Origin: an uncultured Phycisphaera sp.
GTDB taxonomy: Bacteria > Planctomycetota > Phycisphaerae > Phycisphaerales > Phycisphaeraceae
Length of the DNA stretch: 64,000 bases
Direction of reading: 5' to 3'
Assembly (NCBI GenBank): GCA_964496285.1
Contig: CAZBXW010000009.1
Location: 7,366 to 71,365 of the forward strand
In this document: positions 9,356 to 20,913 of the stretch, piece by piece
Numbering within the stretch: the stretch's first letter is position 1
Layout of the letters: each line of letters starts with the position of its first letter
The notes under the pieces: model-generated
What the model was told of the DNA's origin: nothing
The model's database searches: none
What the model saw: the letters and a program-made list of their open reading frames with translations, nothing else
Position numbers and translations under genes: made by a program

Positions 9356-10307
9356 ACGCGGCGCGCTGCGAGGCCCAGCGGTCCACGATGTGCACCAGGT
9401 CCGGCAGCTGCGGCTTGGCGATCTGCTCGTCGGCGCCGACCTGATGGCCCTTGTGCCGGGTGTCGTCGGTGATCAGCGACGAGAAGAGGATCACCGGCAG
9501 CCCACGCAGGCCCGCGTCCTGCTTGATGCGTTTGGTCAGCGCCAGCCCGTCCATCTGCGGCATCTCGATGTCGGTCACGACCACGTCGGGCGGCGTCCCC
9601 TCGTCCCTCATCCGCAGCAGCGCCTTGTAGGCGTCCAGCCCGTTGTTGAAAACGTGGACCTGGGTGTACCCGCTGCGCTTTAGGACGGACTCCATGATGT
9701 TGCGGATGAAGTTCGAGTCCTCGGCGAGCAGCACCCTCCGCGTGGCGCGGTCCACGCCGGTGACGTTCTGCACCTGCTCCACGTGCAGTGAGTCCTGCAT
9801 GTTGATGTGGTCGACGATGGACTCGAAGTCGAGCATGAGCACAAGGCGGTCGTGGATCTGGGTGATGCCGGTGATGGCGAACTGCTTGCGTCCGTCGGCG
9901 TCGGGCACGGGACGCATGCTCGTCCAGCTCATGCGGTAGATCTGCTCCACGCCCTCGACGCGGAACCCGGCGCGGAAGCCGTTGAACTCGGTGACGATGA
10001 TGCGCCACTTGTTGCGGTCGCTCTGCGTCGGGGCGATGCTCAGGTAGTTGTGCAGGTCCACCAGCGGCAGGACCCCGCCGCGCAGGTTGAACATGCCCAG
10101 CACGCAGCTGTGCTGCTCCGGGCTGGCCACGGGCTTGACGGGCAGGATGACCTCGCGCACCTTGGCCACGTTGACCCCGAACACGCCCCCGCCCAGGAGG
10201 AAGACGAGCACCTCCAGTTCGTTGGTGCCCGACTCGAGAAGAATCTCCGCGTTGGCGCGGGGCCCGCGCCCAGCGGGGTCGTTGGGTTCGGCGGTGGGTA
10301 GGGCCAT
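9354..10307 (-). CDS. CheV-like protein (CheW domain + receiver domain)
   Basis: N-terminal CheW-like region (ELEVLVFLLGGGVFGVNVAKVREV). C-terminal REC (RVLLAEDSNFIRN...VVVTDIEMPQMDG...KP). Confidence 0.85.
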   Translation of the reverse strand: MALPTAEPNDPAGRGPRANAEILLESGTNELEVLVFLLGGGVFGVNVAKVREVILPVKPVASPEQHSCVLGMFNLRGGVLPLVDLHNYLSIAPTQSDRNKWRIIVTEFNGFRAGFRVEGVEQIYRMSWTSMRPVPDADGRKQFAITGITQIHDRLVLMLDFESIVDHINMQDSLHVEQVQNVTGVDRATRRVLLAEDSNFIRNIMESVLKRSGYTQVHVFNNGLDAYKALLRMRDEGTPPDVVVTDIEMPQMDGLALTKRIKQDAGLRGLPVILFSSLITDDTRHKGHQVGADEQIAKPQLPDLVHIVDRWASQRAA

Positions 10308-10411
10308 GCGTTCTCCAGGGGTGGAAGGCTGCTCCAGTGGTGTGTATCGTCGATGCGTCGCTTCCGCTTAATCGCCGCGGTCCGGTAAGACCTCAGGCGG
10401 CGAGGAAAAGT

Positions 10412-10440
10412 TTGACACCCCGCGCGGGGACTCTTATCCT
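10412..10440 (+). promoter_or_regulatory. sigma-70-type promoter for tRNA-His (TTGACA-N17-TATCCT)
   Basis: -35 at 10412-10417 and -10 at 10435-10440, about 47 nt upstream of the tRNA. Confidence 0.5.
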
Positions 10441-10486
10441 TAGGGTTTACGCAGCGTCGGCGCCCAAGCCCCACGCTGCGCATCAC

Positions 10487-10561
10487 GGTGGGCGTAGCTC
10501 AGCTGGTTAGAGCATCGGGTTGTGGTCCCGAGGGTCGGGGGTTCGAATCCCCTCGCTCACC
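10487..10561 (+). tRNA. tRNA-His (anticodon GTG)
   Basis: Cloverleaf by hand: encoded G-1, acceptor GTGGGCG/CGCTCAC, D arm GCTC..GAGC, anticodon stem TCGGG/CCCGA with loop TTGTGGT, T arm GGGGG-TTCGAAT-CCCCT, discriminator C. CCA is not encoded. Confidence 0.9.
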
Positions 10562-10578
10562 CTTTTGTCATGGAGGCG

Positions 10579-12453
10579 TCAGGGTTCTTGGGGGGGCCAA
10601 TTGTGGAGCGAGACGGCTTGCAGCGTCACGCCTGCGACGGTGTGGCCGGTGAGTGAAGGGCGAAGCTCCTGGGTCGGGGCGCAGGCGGCGACGTGGAGCA
10701 GGTGTGAGACTCCGGGGCGCAACGAGCTGAGCGGGTAGGCACGGGCAGCGAGCGTGACGGGACGCGAGCTGCGCATCGCGCTGAGCGATAGGGTGATTCG
10801 ATCCTCGGGCGCGAATGGGGTGCTCGGGTCGAGCTGCAGCGCCACGGTGTATCGATAGCACGTTGCGACAGTGACGCGCAGGGCGGAAGTGTCGCTCGCT
10901 GCATTCAGAAGATTGGCCAGCGGAGGCACCGTGAGCGTGGGCAGGGTTGCAGCTGCTTCGATGAGCGAGAGTTGATCGAAATCGGCCAGGAGCTTCCCGG
11001 GGCCCAGCACGACGGGGCCCGCGAAGAGCGAGGGGACCGCGGGGGGCGAGACGCGACAGGTCGAGCTTTGCCAGACACCGGCTGCGTCGGTCCAGTGAAC
11101 CGAGACTTGCGCGCCTTTTCGGGTGATCGCCAGGGCGATGGGCGGGACCGCGTGGCCCAGGACGCGGCGTTCGGGTCGCATGGCGTTGACCCAGCGGACC
11201 AGCTCCACCACCTGCCCACCCGCATCGAGCCCGATCGCAGCGAAAGGGGCGTCGGGGTCGGTGTTCTGACGCAGCATGAGTCCCGCAACGGAAGCGGGCT
11301 CGTCGCTGCGAAGGTCCTCGAGCATCGCCACGACGCCCGTGTCGCCGGTGACGATCTGGTGTACGAAGTGGAAGCGGTCGCCGGCGCTGGGGTGTGCGAA
11401 CGAGATGTTCGCCGCGATGCTCAGCGCCGCCTGCCCACGGACGCGAAGTCGAGCTTCACCCGGTGAAGGGTGACCCGTACCGGAGAGACTCCAGGGCGGG
11501 GGCGGTTCGTCGCTGCCGCCTTCGTTCTCCGCGATCGGCGGCGACTCAAGGGTCAAGAGCGGCCAAAGGGATTCGTCGGGGCGGCCGTTGACCGTGGCTC
11601 CCAGTGTGTGGTTCCCGATCACGCTGTGAACGCCCAGCTCCGCAAGACGATCCTGACACTCGCGCGCCAGGTCTTGGCCTCCCAGGTCGGCGCAGCCCTC
11701 GCTGTCCGCGTTGATCAGAACGCCGCGGTTCGGGGCGGTGTTTCGGAGCAGTTGGCGAATCCTGTCGAACTGCTGCGCAAGGGACTGTCGAACACTCTGG
11801 AGCGAAGGCGGATCGCCCGCGATGAGTGAAAGGACAGTGCTCCTGCCCGCCTGCGGGTCCGAGGGGGGGATAGGGTTTTCGGGGAGCGGAGGTTGGAGCG
11901 GGTTGTCTTTGTCGCCTTGGTGCTGCTGACCGGGGTCGAAGTCTGCCCGCGAGGGGTCGGTCCGGAACGACTCGAATCGAGCGCGTCGCGGGTCGGCGGC
12001 GGCGATGGTTCGGCTCAGCGGGATCACCTGCGCGCTCGTGATGTCGTACGCCGCGACACAGGCGAAGCGTCGAACGCGTAAGGCGATCAAACGCCATGCT
12101 GTCGCATCCTGACTTGGCGCGTGCAGGACGACGTGCAGGCCCTGTCGCTCCGCGGCGTGCAGGGCGCGATCCAGCGCCACCAAGGTGCGTCGGGGCAGGC
12201 CCTCGTCCGTCGCCACCGTGATGCGGACACAGTTGTATCCCAACGCGCGCAGTTGTCGAAAGTCCTGCTCAACAGCGCTCGATGCGCGTGCGTGCTGCCA
12301 GCCGATCAGGTTCACGCCGCGAAGCAGCACCGATTCGCCGCGGGCGTCCAACAGGCGTGCGTCTTGAGGCTTCAGAGCTGTGGCGGTGGGGCGATCGCAG
12401 CCCGCGGCCCAGGCGAGCGTCAACGTCATCAGCAGCAGGGCTCCGCGGGTCAT
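10579..12453 (-). CDS. hypothetical lipoprotein with degenerate GH5-like N-terminal region
   Basis: Lipobox LAWAAGC at ATG 12453. Weak cellulase-like stretch LLRGVNLIGW...GYNCVRI with no clear catalytic NE motif. Large C-terminal region of unknown family. Confidence 0.55.
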   Translation of the reverse strand: MTRGALLLMTLTLAWAAGCDRPTATALKPQDARLLDARGESVLLRGVNLIGWQHARASSAVEQDFRQLRALGYNCVRITVATDEGLPRRTLVALDRALHAAERQGLHVVLHAPSQDATAWRLIALRVRRFACVAAYDITSAQVIPLSRTIAAADPRRARFESFRTDPSRADFDPGQQHQGDKDNPLQPPLPENPIPPSDPQAGRSTVLSLIAGDPPSLQSVRQSLAQQFDRIRQLLRNTAPNRGVLINADSEGCADLGGQDLARECQDRLAELGVHSVIGNHTLGATVNGRPDESLWPLLTLESPPIAENEGGSDEPPPPWSLSGTGHPSPGEARLRVRGQAALSIAANISFAHPSAGDRFHFVHQIVTGDTGVVAMLEDLRSDEPASVAGLMLRQNTDPDAPFAAIGLDAGGQVVELVRWVNAMRPERRVLGHAVPPIALAITRKGAQVSVHWTDAAGVWQSSTCRVSPPAVPSLFAGPVVLGPGKLLADFDQLSLIEAAATLPTLTVPPLANLLNAASDTSALRVTVATCYRYTVALQLDPSTPFAPEDRITLSLSAMRSSRPVTLAARAYPLSSLRPGVSHLLHVAACAPTQELRPSLTGHTVAGVTLQAVSLHNWPPQEP

Positions 12454-12473
12454 GGCGGTCGTTTCCCATTCCG

Positions 12474-14792
12474 TCACGGGATGGGGCAGGACCATCGCAC
12501 CACGGTCCAGCCGGTGCTCTGCACCTCACGACCCTCCACGCGCAGCGGCGCGGGCAGCGGCGAATCCTCCAGGTGGCCCATGACGATCAGGCGTCGCTGC
12601 GCCAGCATCGGCGTGAGGTCCAGAGCGCGGCCCAGCGAGCGCGCAAAGCCCACCGGCGGACGCATGAAGTCAGTCTTGCGAAAGTCCGGCGGAGGCAGCG
12701 TGTTGAAGAAGCTCAGCAGTTCGACGGAGTAGATGGTGTCGTCGGAACCGGGGATCGGCGGGACGTGGGGCATTCCGATCTCGGGGTCGATCGCCCCGGG
12801 GGTCCGCGCGATCACCGTGCCCAGGAACCCGCCCCAGTTTTCCTGCTGCGGAAGCGGGGGCGTCAGGAAGGGGGCGACCTGAGCGGGCTGGCCCGAAAGC
12901 GCAAGGAGCGATCCTTTCTTCCATGCGCCCACGCGCCAGACCCAGGGATCGCGTCCCTGGCCCGGGGCGAAGATGACGATGCAGTCGCGCAGGTCGCCCG
13001 GGAGATGGTGGACGAGCGAAGCGACGGGCCAACCCGAAGCGTCGAGGGTGACGCCGGTGGACGGGAAGAGCCACTGTCGGGACATGGCGTCGTCACCCGC
13101 CAGGCTTAGCCGTGTCAGGTGATCGATCTCGATCTGCTTGGCGGTGGCGCGCATCGGCAGCCGGACCGAGGAGGGGTCGCCCGCGTCGAGGGAGTAGGAG
13201 CGTGGATCGAGGAAGCCCGCAGCGTCCTGATCGGAGAACAAGCCGGCGCTGGTGATGAAGGAAGGCCCCGCGGCGCTGGCGTCGAGTGTGGAGGGCTCGA
13301 GTGTCAACTGCACCGACTCGTGCCGGGGGACGAAGAGGGCAGCCCAGGCGCGGGTGTGCGCCAGGCCCGTGGCCGCCTCCACGTCGATGACGCTGAAGTG
13401 CTTGACGCTAACGCCGCGCGGTCGCAGCACGCTAGCGCCGCCCCAGGTCAGGGCGGAGAACGCCAGGGCTGTAAGCACGAAGACGGTCCAGCTGTGTCGG
13501 ACCTGCCCCTTGGCGCGGAGCACGGCGTAACTGACGGGCCCTGCGGCGAGCCAGTAGAGCCCGAAGGTCAGCACCGCCGCGAGCATGGCGGGGGCGGCGG
13601 TCTCGCGCATGGCGATGACGCTGGCGATGAAGCGGTCCAAGCTGCGCACGGCGCGGAGGTCCGGGTTGGCCAGGGTGCCCGCGGCGACCTGTGCCTGAAC
13701 TTCGTCCGTGGGGATCGCTGGGCCGCGCCAGCCGAACACGGCGCGCCAGAGTTGATCGCCCTGGGGCAGCGAAGCGCGGAGCAGTCGCGGGTCGGTCAGG
13801 TCCACGCCCACGAGCGTGACCCGTCCCAGGCCTACGCTGTGCGCCACGACGACGGGTCGGCCCTGTGTGTCTTTGAGGAGGACCGAGACACTGGTGTCCT
13901 CGCCGGGGTCGAAGACGCGCATGGGCAGGCTGATGCCCGAGGCGAAGGGAGCGCGGCCGAGCCATGTCGGGGCAACCTGGTCGGGCAGTGCCACGCCCAC
14001 GCCGGTGCTCGCGGGGAGGAGGTCCTTCAGAGGCGAACCGCTCCATGTCTCGTAGACCGCGGGCAGGACGACGACCAGATGTCCGCCGCGCTTGATCCAG
14101 TGTCGCAGGGCGCGGGCGGCGGGATCGGGCAGGTTCAGCACGTCGTTCTCGCTGGCGCCGTCGGAGGGCGGGAGCCAGATGAGCGATTCGAGGACGGACA
14201 AGCCGTACCACCGATCCGGGAGCGATCGCGGCGAGAGGCTGCGCAACAGGGCGGTGGCTTCCTGGTGCGTGTGTTCGGTGAGGTAGGGCTCCAGTCCCAG
14301 CGGCGCGCTGCCCACGACACCCACGACGCGAACGTCCTGGGGCAGAACCTGCGCGGGGCGCAGGTCGAGCTTCTGCGTGGCGAGCAGTTCGCCCGAAGGC
14401 TCATCGAGCAGTCGCAGCGTCAGCACGCTGCCGGGCCGGGTGTTCATCGGCGGACAGGCGTAGATCCAGAACCGCTCCGACGACTGCGCGTTGACAGCTC
14501 GGATGACGCGCTCGCTGAGCACCTGATCGCCGTCGATGTCGCTGTTGACCCACTGCAGGCGCGCCTGACGCACCGTCGAGGACTGGTTGGTGATCTGCGC
14601 CAGGATCGGCGTCCATTGGCCCGGTCGCACCATCCCGCCCAGGCCCATGTTCTCCTGCGCCACAGTGAGTTTAAGGTCTGCCAGCTGCGCCCACGTCGAG
14701 GCCGACAGCAGCAGCACCGCTACAAGACCCCCGCTGACCCATCGACGAGGCGGCATGGCGGAATTGTACGTCATTAGCAAGTCCAGACGCAT
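12474..14792 (-). CDS. large hypothetical membrane protein
   Basis: 772-aa ORF (alternative ATG at 14756). N-terminal signal or anchor, central pair of TM helices (AMLAAVLTFGLYWLAAGPVSYAVL; WTVFVLTALAFSALTWGGA). Its stop is 20 nt upstream of the next gene start. Confidence 0.6.
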   Translation of the reverse strand: MRLDLLMTYNSAMPPRRWVSGGLVAVLLLSASTWAQLADLKLTVAQENMGLGGMVRPGQWTPILAQITNQSSTVRQARLQWVNSDIDGDQVLSERVIRAVNAQSSERFWIYACPPMNTRPGSVLTLRLLDEPSGELLATQKLDLRPAQVLPQDVRVVGVVGSAPLGLEPYLTEHTHQEATALLRSLSPRSLPDRWYGLSVLESLIWLPPSDGASENDVLNLPDPAARALRHWIKRGGHLVVVLPAVYETWSGSPLKDLLPASTGVGVALPDQVAPTWLGRAPFASGISLPMRVFDPGEDTSVSVLLKDTQGRPVVVAHSVGLGRVTLVGVDLTDPRLLRASLPQGDQLWRAVFGWRGPAIPTDEVQAQVAAGTLANPDLRAVRSLDRFIASVIAMRETAAPAMLAAVLTFGLYWLAAGPVSYAVLRAKGQVRHSWTVFVLTALAFSALTWGGASVLRPRGVSVKHFSVIDVEAATGLAHTRAWAALFVPRHESVQLTLEPSTLDASAAGPSFITSAGLFSDQDAAGFLDPRSYSLDAGDPSSVRLPMRATAKQIEIDHLTRLSLAGDDAMSRQWLFPSTGVTLDASGWPVASLVHHLPGDLRDCIVIFAPGQGRDPWVWRVGAWKKGSLLALSGQPAQVAPFLTPPLPQQENWGGFLGTVIARTPGAIDPEIGMPHVPPIPGSDDTIYSVELLSFFNTLPPPDFRKTDFMRPPVGFARSLGRALDLTPMLAQRRLIVMGHLEDSPLPAPLRVEGREVQSTGWTVVRWSCPIP

Positions 14793-15202
14793 GCAATTGT
14801 TAGGAAGCAGAACAGCTTCAATCGCATGGAAACATGGGAATCCGATTCATCGTGACGGGTTAATAGTGGAAAACACCTATACAAATCCTCTTTTACTGCG
14901 TCACGCTAACGTTACAATAATGAGAGAAGTGAGGGCTGTGCGAGCAGCCTTGGCTTGGAGTGGTGGGTGAACCGTGTTTCGCGGGGCCTTTCTGTGTTCC
15001 AGTTGATTTGGGCATGATTCAATCCTGTCGTGATAGGCCCGACTTGTTCAGGCGCGTGGCTTCGTTGCGAGGTTCGGTGCGTTTTGCGAGTTCCTTATGT
15101 GTGCGACGGAGCGGTCATCGGTGGATCGGCGCAGGGCTGTCCCCGTGGGCGCTCCGAGGCGAGTGAGTTCAGTAGTTCGTCCCTGTACTTGAGGAGTGCG
15201 TC

Positions 15203-15442
15203 ATGCAGTTGCGAGGTCAAGTCAAGTGGTTCGATCCGAAGAAAGGCTACGGGTTCATTGTTGGGCCGCAGGGACGCGATGTCTTCGTTCACTACACCCA
15301 GATTCAAGGTGAGGGTTTCCGCTCGCTCAAGGACGGCGAAGAAGTCGACTACGAACTGATTGAGGGCGAGAAGGGCGCACAGGCACGCTTGGTCCAGCGC
15401 TCCGCGGCGAGCAACAGCGCCTCTCAAGGCAAAGTGGCCTGA
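15203..15442 (+). CDS. cold-shock protein (CspA family)
   Basis: RNP1/RNP2-type motifs KGYGFI and VFVHY in a 79-aa protein. Confidence 0.95.
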   Translation: MQLRGQVKWFDPKKGYGFIVGPQGRDVFVHYTQIQGEGFRSLKDGEEVDYELIEGEKGAQARLVQRSAASNSASQGKVA

Positions 15443-15487
15443 CCGGATCACCTCGATGCGACCGCGGCGCGGTATGCTCGATCCGGC

Positions 15488-18266
<2,779 letters not shown>

Positions 18267-18289
18267 GCGAGCATTCTCGGATTCTCACC

Positions 18290-18514
18290 ATGCTCTTTCG
18301 CGTCATCATCGAGCAGGACGAAGACGGCAAGTTTGTGGCCTCGTGCCCGACCCTGCCCGGCTGTTGGAGCCAGGGCCTGACTCGTGATGAAGCGAAACGC
18401 AACATCATGGACGCCATGACCGGATACATCGAAAGCCTGAAAAAGCACGGAGACCCGATCCCGCCGCCGATCAGCGAGGAAATGATCGACATCGACATCG
18501 GAAAGGTAGCCTAA
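18290..18514 (+). CDS. hicB: HicB-family antitoxin (short, no DNA-binding domain)
   Basis: 74 aa, UPF0150/HicB pattern FVASCPTLPGCWSQGLTRDEAKRNIMDAMTGYIESL. Confidence 0.85.
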   Translation: MLFRVIIEQDEDGKFVASCPTLPGCWSQGLTRDEAKRNIMDAMTGYIESLKKHGDPIPPPISEEMIDIDIGKVA

Positions 18515-18516
18515 CC

Positions 18517-18741
18517 ATGGCACGGCTGCCGGTTGTCTCGGGCGAACAGGCCGCCAAAGCGTTTCGACGAATCGGTTATGAACTAAGTCATCAAACAGGC
18601 AGTCACATGATCCTGCGTTCAACCACTCCACCGCACCGCCACCTCTCGATCCCCAATCATCGGGAACTGAGCAAAGGGCTGCTGCGCGGACTGATCCGCG
18701 ACGCGGGACTGACCGTGGAAGAGTTCACCAGACTGTTGTAA
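18517..18741 (+). CDS. hicA: HicA-family toxin (mRNA interferase)
   Basis: 74 aa, YcfA/HicA pattern VSGEQAAKAFRRIGYELSHQTGSHMIL...IPNHRELSKGLLRGLIRDAGL. Starts 2 nt after the hicB stop. Confidence 0.85.
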   Translation: MARLPVVSGEQAAKAFRRIGYELSHQTGSHMILRSTTPPHRHLSIPNHRELSKGLLRGLIRDAGLTVEEFTRLL

Positions 18742-18766
18742 TTCCAACTCAACGATGGAGACCCGT

Positions 18767-19057
18767 ATGAAAATCCGACCCACCGACGACCGTGTTCTCG
18801 TCAAACCCAGCGAAGCCGCCGAGAAAACCAAGAACGGCATCTACCTCCCCGAAGGCGCCAAGGAAAAGCCGATGACCGGCTCGGTCCTGGCCGTCGGACC
18901 GGGCAAGATGGACGACGAGGGTAAACGCACCGCCATGTCCATCAAGAAGGGCGACACCGTTCTCTACGGCAAGTACGCCGGCACCGAAGTCGAAATCGAC
19001 GGCGACAAACTCGTCATCATCCGCGAAAGCGAACTCCTGGGCATCATCGAGAAGTAA
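18767..19057 (+). CDS. groES: co-chaperonin GroES, copy A
   Basis: MKIRPTDDRVLVKP...GSVLAVGPG... aligns with Cpn10. GGAG lies 8 nt upstream of ATG 18767 (ORF-track start 18755 is also possible). Confidence 0.9.
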   Translation: MKIRPTDDRVLVKPSEAAEKTKNGIYLPEGAKEKPMTGSVLAVGPGKMDDEGKRTAMSIKKGDTVLYGKYAGTEVEIDGDKLVIIRESELLGIIEK

Positions 19058-19068
19058 TCCCATTGTCC

Positions 19069-19094
19069 GAGCCGGGCTGTCCACAGCCCGGTGC
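19069..19094. repeat. REP-like hairpin type 1 (GAGCCGGGCTG-TCCA-CAGCCCGGTG)
   Basis: 9-bp GC stem with a tetraloop, between groES and groEL2. Near-identical copies at 22571 and 39948. Confidence 0.8.
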
Positions 19095-19139
19095 ATTCCC
19101 GGCGACCACCAACGCCGGCTCTGAAGGAGCCTCACCATC

Positions 19140-20753
19140 ATGGCCAAGAAGCAACTCATGTTCGGCAGCGACGCCGCCCAGGAACTCCGCAAGGGCCTGG
19201 CGCAGCTCGCCAACGCCGTCAAGATCACCATGGGCCCCACCGGCCGCAATGTCGTCCTCCATAAATCCTTCGGCTCGCCCGCGGTGACCAAGGACGGCGT
19301 CTCCGTCGCCAAGGAGATCGAACTGGCCGAACCCTTCCAGAACATGGGCGCCAAGATGGTCGTCGAGGTCGCCAAGAAGACCAGCGACAAGGCTGGCGAC
19401 GGCACCACCACCGCCACCGTCCTGGCCGAGGCCATCTTCGACGCCGGCCTGCGACATGTCGCCGCCGGCGCTAACCCCATGGCCCTGCAGCGTGGCATCA
19501 CCGCCGCCACCAACGTCGCCTCGCAGGCCATCGCCGACATGTCCGTCAAGTGCAAGGGGTACGACGACCTCATGAAGGTCGCCTCCGTCAGCGCCAACAA
19601 CGATCCCGTCATCGGCAAGCTCATCGCCGACGCCGTGAACAAGGTCGGCATCGAGGGCGTCGTCCAGATCGAGGAGGGCAAGAGCTCCGATACCACCCTC
19701 GAATACGTCGAGGGCATGCAGTTCGACAAGGGCTACCTCTCGCCCTACTTCATGACCGACCCCGCCTCGCAGGAGTGCGTCCTCGAAGACGCCCTGATCC
19801 TCATCTACGAGAAGAAGATCAGCTCTCTGCCCGACCTGCTCCCGCTGCTCAACAAGGTCGCTGTGGCGCAGAAGCCCCTGCTCGTCATCGCCGAGGAGAT
19901 CGAGAACGAAGCCTTGGCCGCCCTCGTGGTCAACCGACTCCGCGGCGTCCTGAAGGTCTGCGCCGTCAAGGCGCCGGGCTTCGGCGACCGTCGCAAGGCG
20001 ATGCTCGGCGACATCGCTGTGCTCACCGGCGGCGAGTTCATCTCCGAGGATTTGGGCACCAAGCTCGAATCGCTCGAAATCCAGTCGCTCGGTAAAGCCA
20101 AGAAGATCGTCATCGACAAGGACAACACCACCCTCGTCGAAGGCGCGGGCAAGCGCAAGGATATCGAAGCCCGCTGCGAGCAGATCCGCCAGCAGATCGA
20201 GGCCACCACCAGCGACTACGACCGCGAAAAACTCCAGGAAAGACTGGCAAAACTCACCGGCGGCGTGGCCATCGTCCACGTCGGCGGCGCTACCGAAACC
20301 GCCATGAAGGAAACCAAGGACCGCGTCGAGGACGCCCTGCACGCCACCAAGGCCGCCGCCAAGGAAGGTTATGTCCCAGGCGGTGGCGTGGCCTTCCTCC
20401 GCGCCATCCCCGCGGTCGAATCCGCTAAGACCAAGGCCAAGGGCGACGAGAAGCTCGGCTACGACATCGTGGTGCAGGCCCTGCGTGCCCCCACCTGGCA
20501 GATCGTGGACAACTCCGGCGAAGACGGCGATATCGTCGTCGATACTCTGCTCGAGAGGAAAGGCTCCGCCGGCTACGACGCCGCCAAGGCTGAATACGTC
20601 GACATGTACAAGGCCGGCATCCTCGACCCCGCCCTCGTCGCTCGCTTCGCCCTCGAAGCCGCCGCCTCCGTCGCTGGTCTCATGCTCACCACCACCGTGC
20701 TCATCACCGAAGTCAAGGAAAAGAAGGACCCCGCCAGCGGCGCCGTGGCGTGA
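19140..20753 (+). CDS. groEL: chaperonin GroEL, paralog 2 (no GGM tail)
   Basis: Full-length Cpn60 ([18 protein letters not shown]...[10 protein letters not shown]). The tail ends [12 protein letters not shown]. Confidence 0.95.
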   Translation: MAKKQLMFGSDAAQELRKGLAQLANAVKITMGPTGRNVVLHKSFGSPAVTKDGVSVAKEIELAEPFQNMGAKMVVEVAKKTSDKAGDGTTTATVLAEAIFDAGLRHVAAGANPMALQRGITAATNVASQAIADMSVKCKGYDDLMKVASVSANNDPVIGKLIADAVNKVGIEGVVQIEEGKSSDTTLEYVEGMQFDKGYLSPYFMTDPASQECVLEDALILIYEKKISSLPDLLPLLNKVAVAQKPLLVIAEEIENEALAALVVNRLRGVLKVCAVKAPGFGDRRKAMLGDIAVLTGGEFISEDLGTKLESLEIQSLGKAKKIVIDKDNTTLVEGAGKRKDIEARCEQIRQQIEATTSDYDREKLQERLAKLTGGVAIVHVGGATETAMKETKDRVEDALHATKAAAKEGYVPGGGVAFLRAIPAVESAKTKAKGDEKLGYDIVVQALRAPTWQIVDNSGEDGDIVVDTLLERKGSAGYDAAKAEYVDMYKAGILDPALVARFALEAAASVAGLMLTTTVLITEVKEKKDPASGAVA

Positions 20754-20835
20754 TCGCTCCGTTCCTCTCTCTCTGAACCACCACGGCCCAGGGCGGAAAC
20801 TCGCTCTGGGCCGTTTCGATGGGTGAGCAGAGTCC

Positions 20836-20910
20836 GGGGTCTAAGGTCGAGGGGCCGGGAGAGTTCTGTGACTCTTCACCCTGGAGCTTAGACCCCAGAC
20901 CTTAGACCCT
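20836..20910. repeat. tandem-word palindromic element, E-type (7-nt GGTCTAA words)
   Basis: Left ggggtctaaggtcgagggg. Right cttagaccccagaccttagaccc is an approximate reverse complement. Ends 3 nt before the dnaJ ATG. Confidence 0.65.
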
Positions 20911-20913
20911 TAT

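Noticed and set aside
9180-9360. Possible CRISPR array among the short repeated words (also at 45453, 52709, 27707 and 41331).
   Set aside because: The repeats are 7-10-nt words arranged as inverted arms, not 25-40-nt direct repeats separated by unique spacers. There are no cas genes in the window.
10487-15202. Genomic island integrated at tRNA-His.
   Set aside because: No integrase was found, and I found no direct repeat of the tRNA 3' half at the far side (about 14800-15200). The adjacent genes are convergent with the tRNA and have typical GC content.
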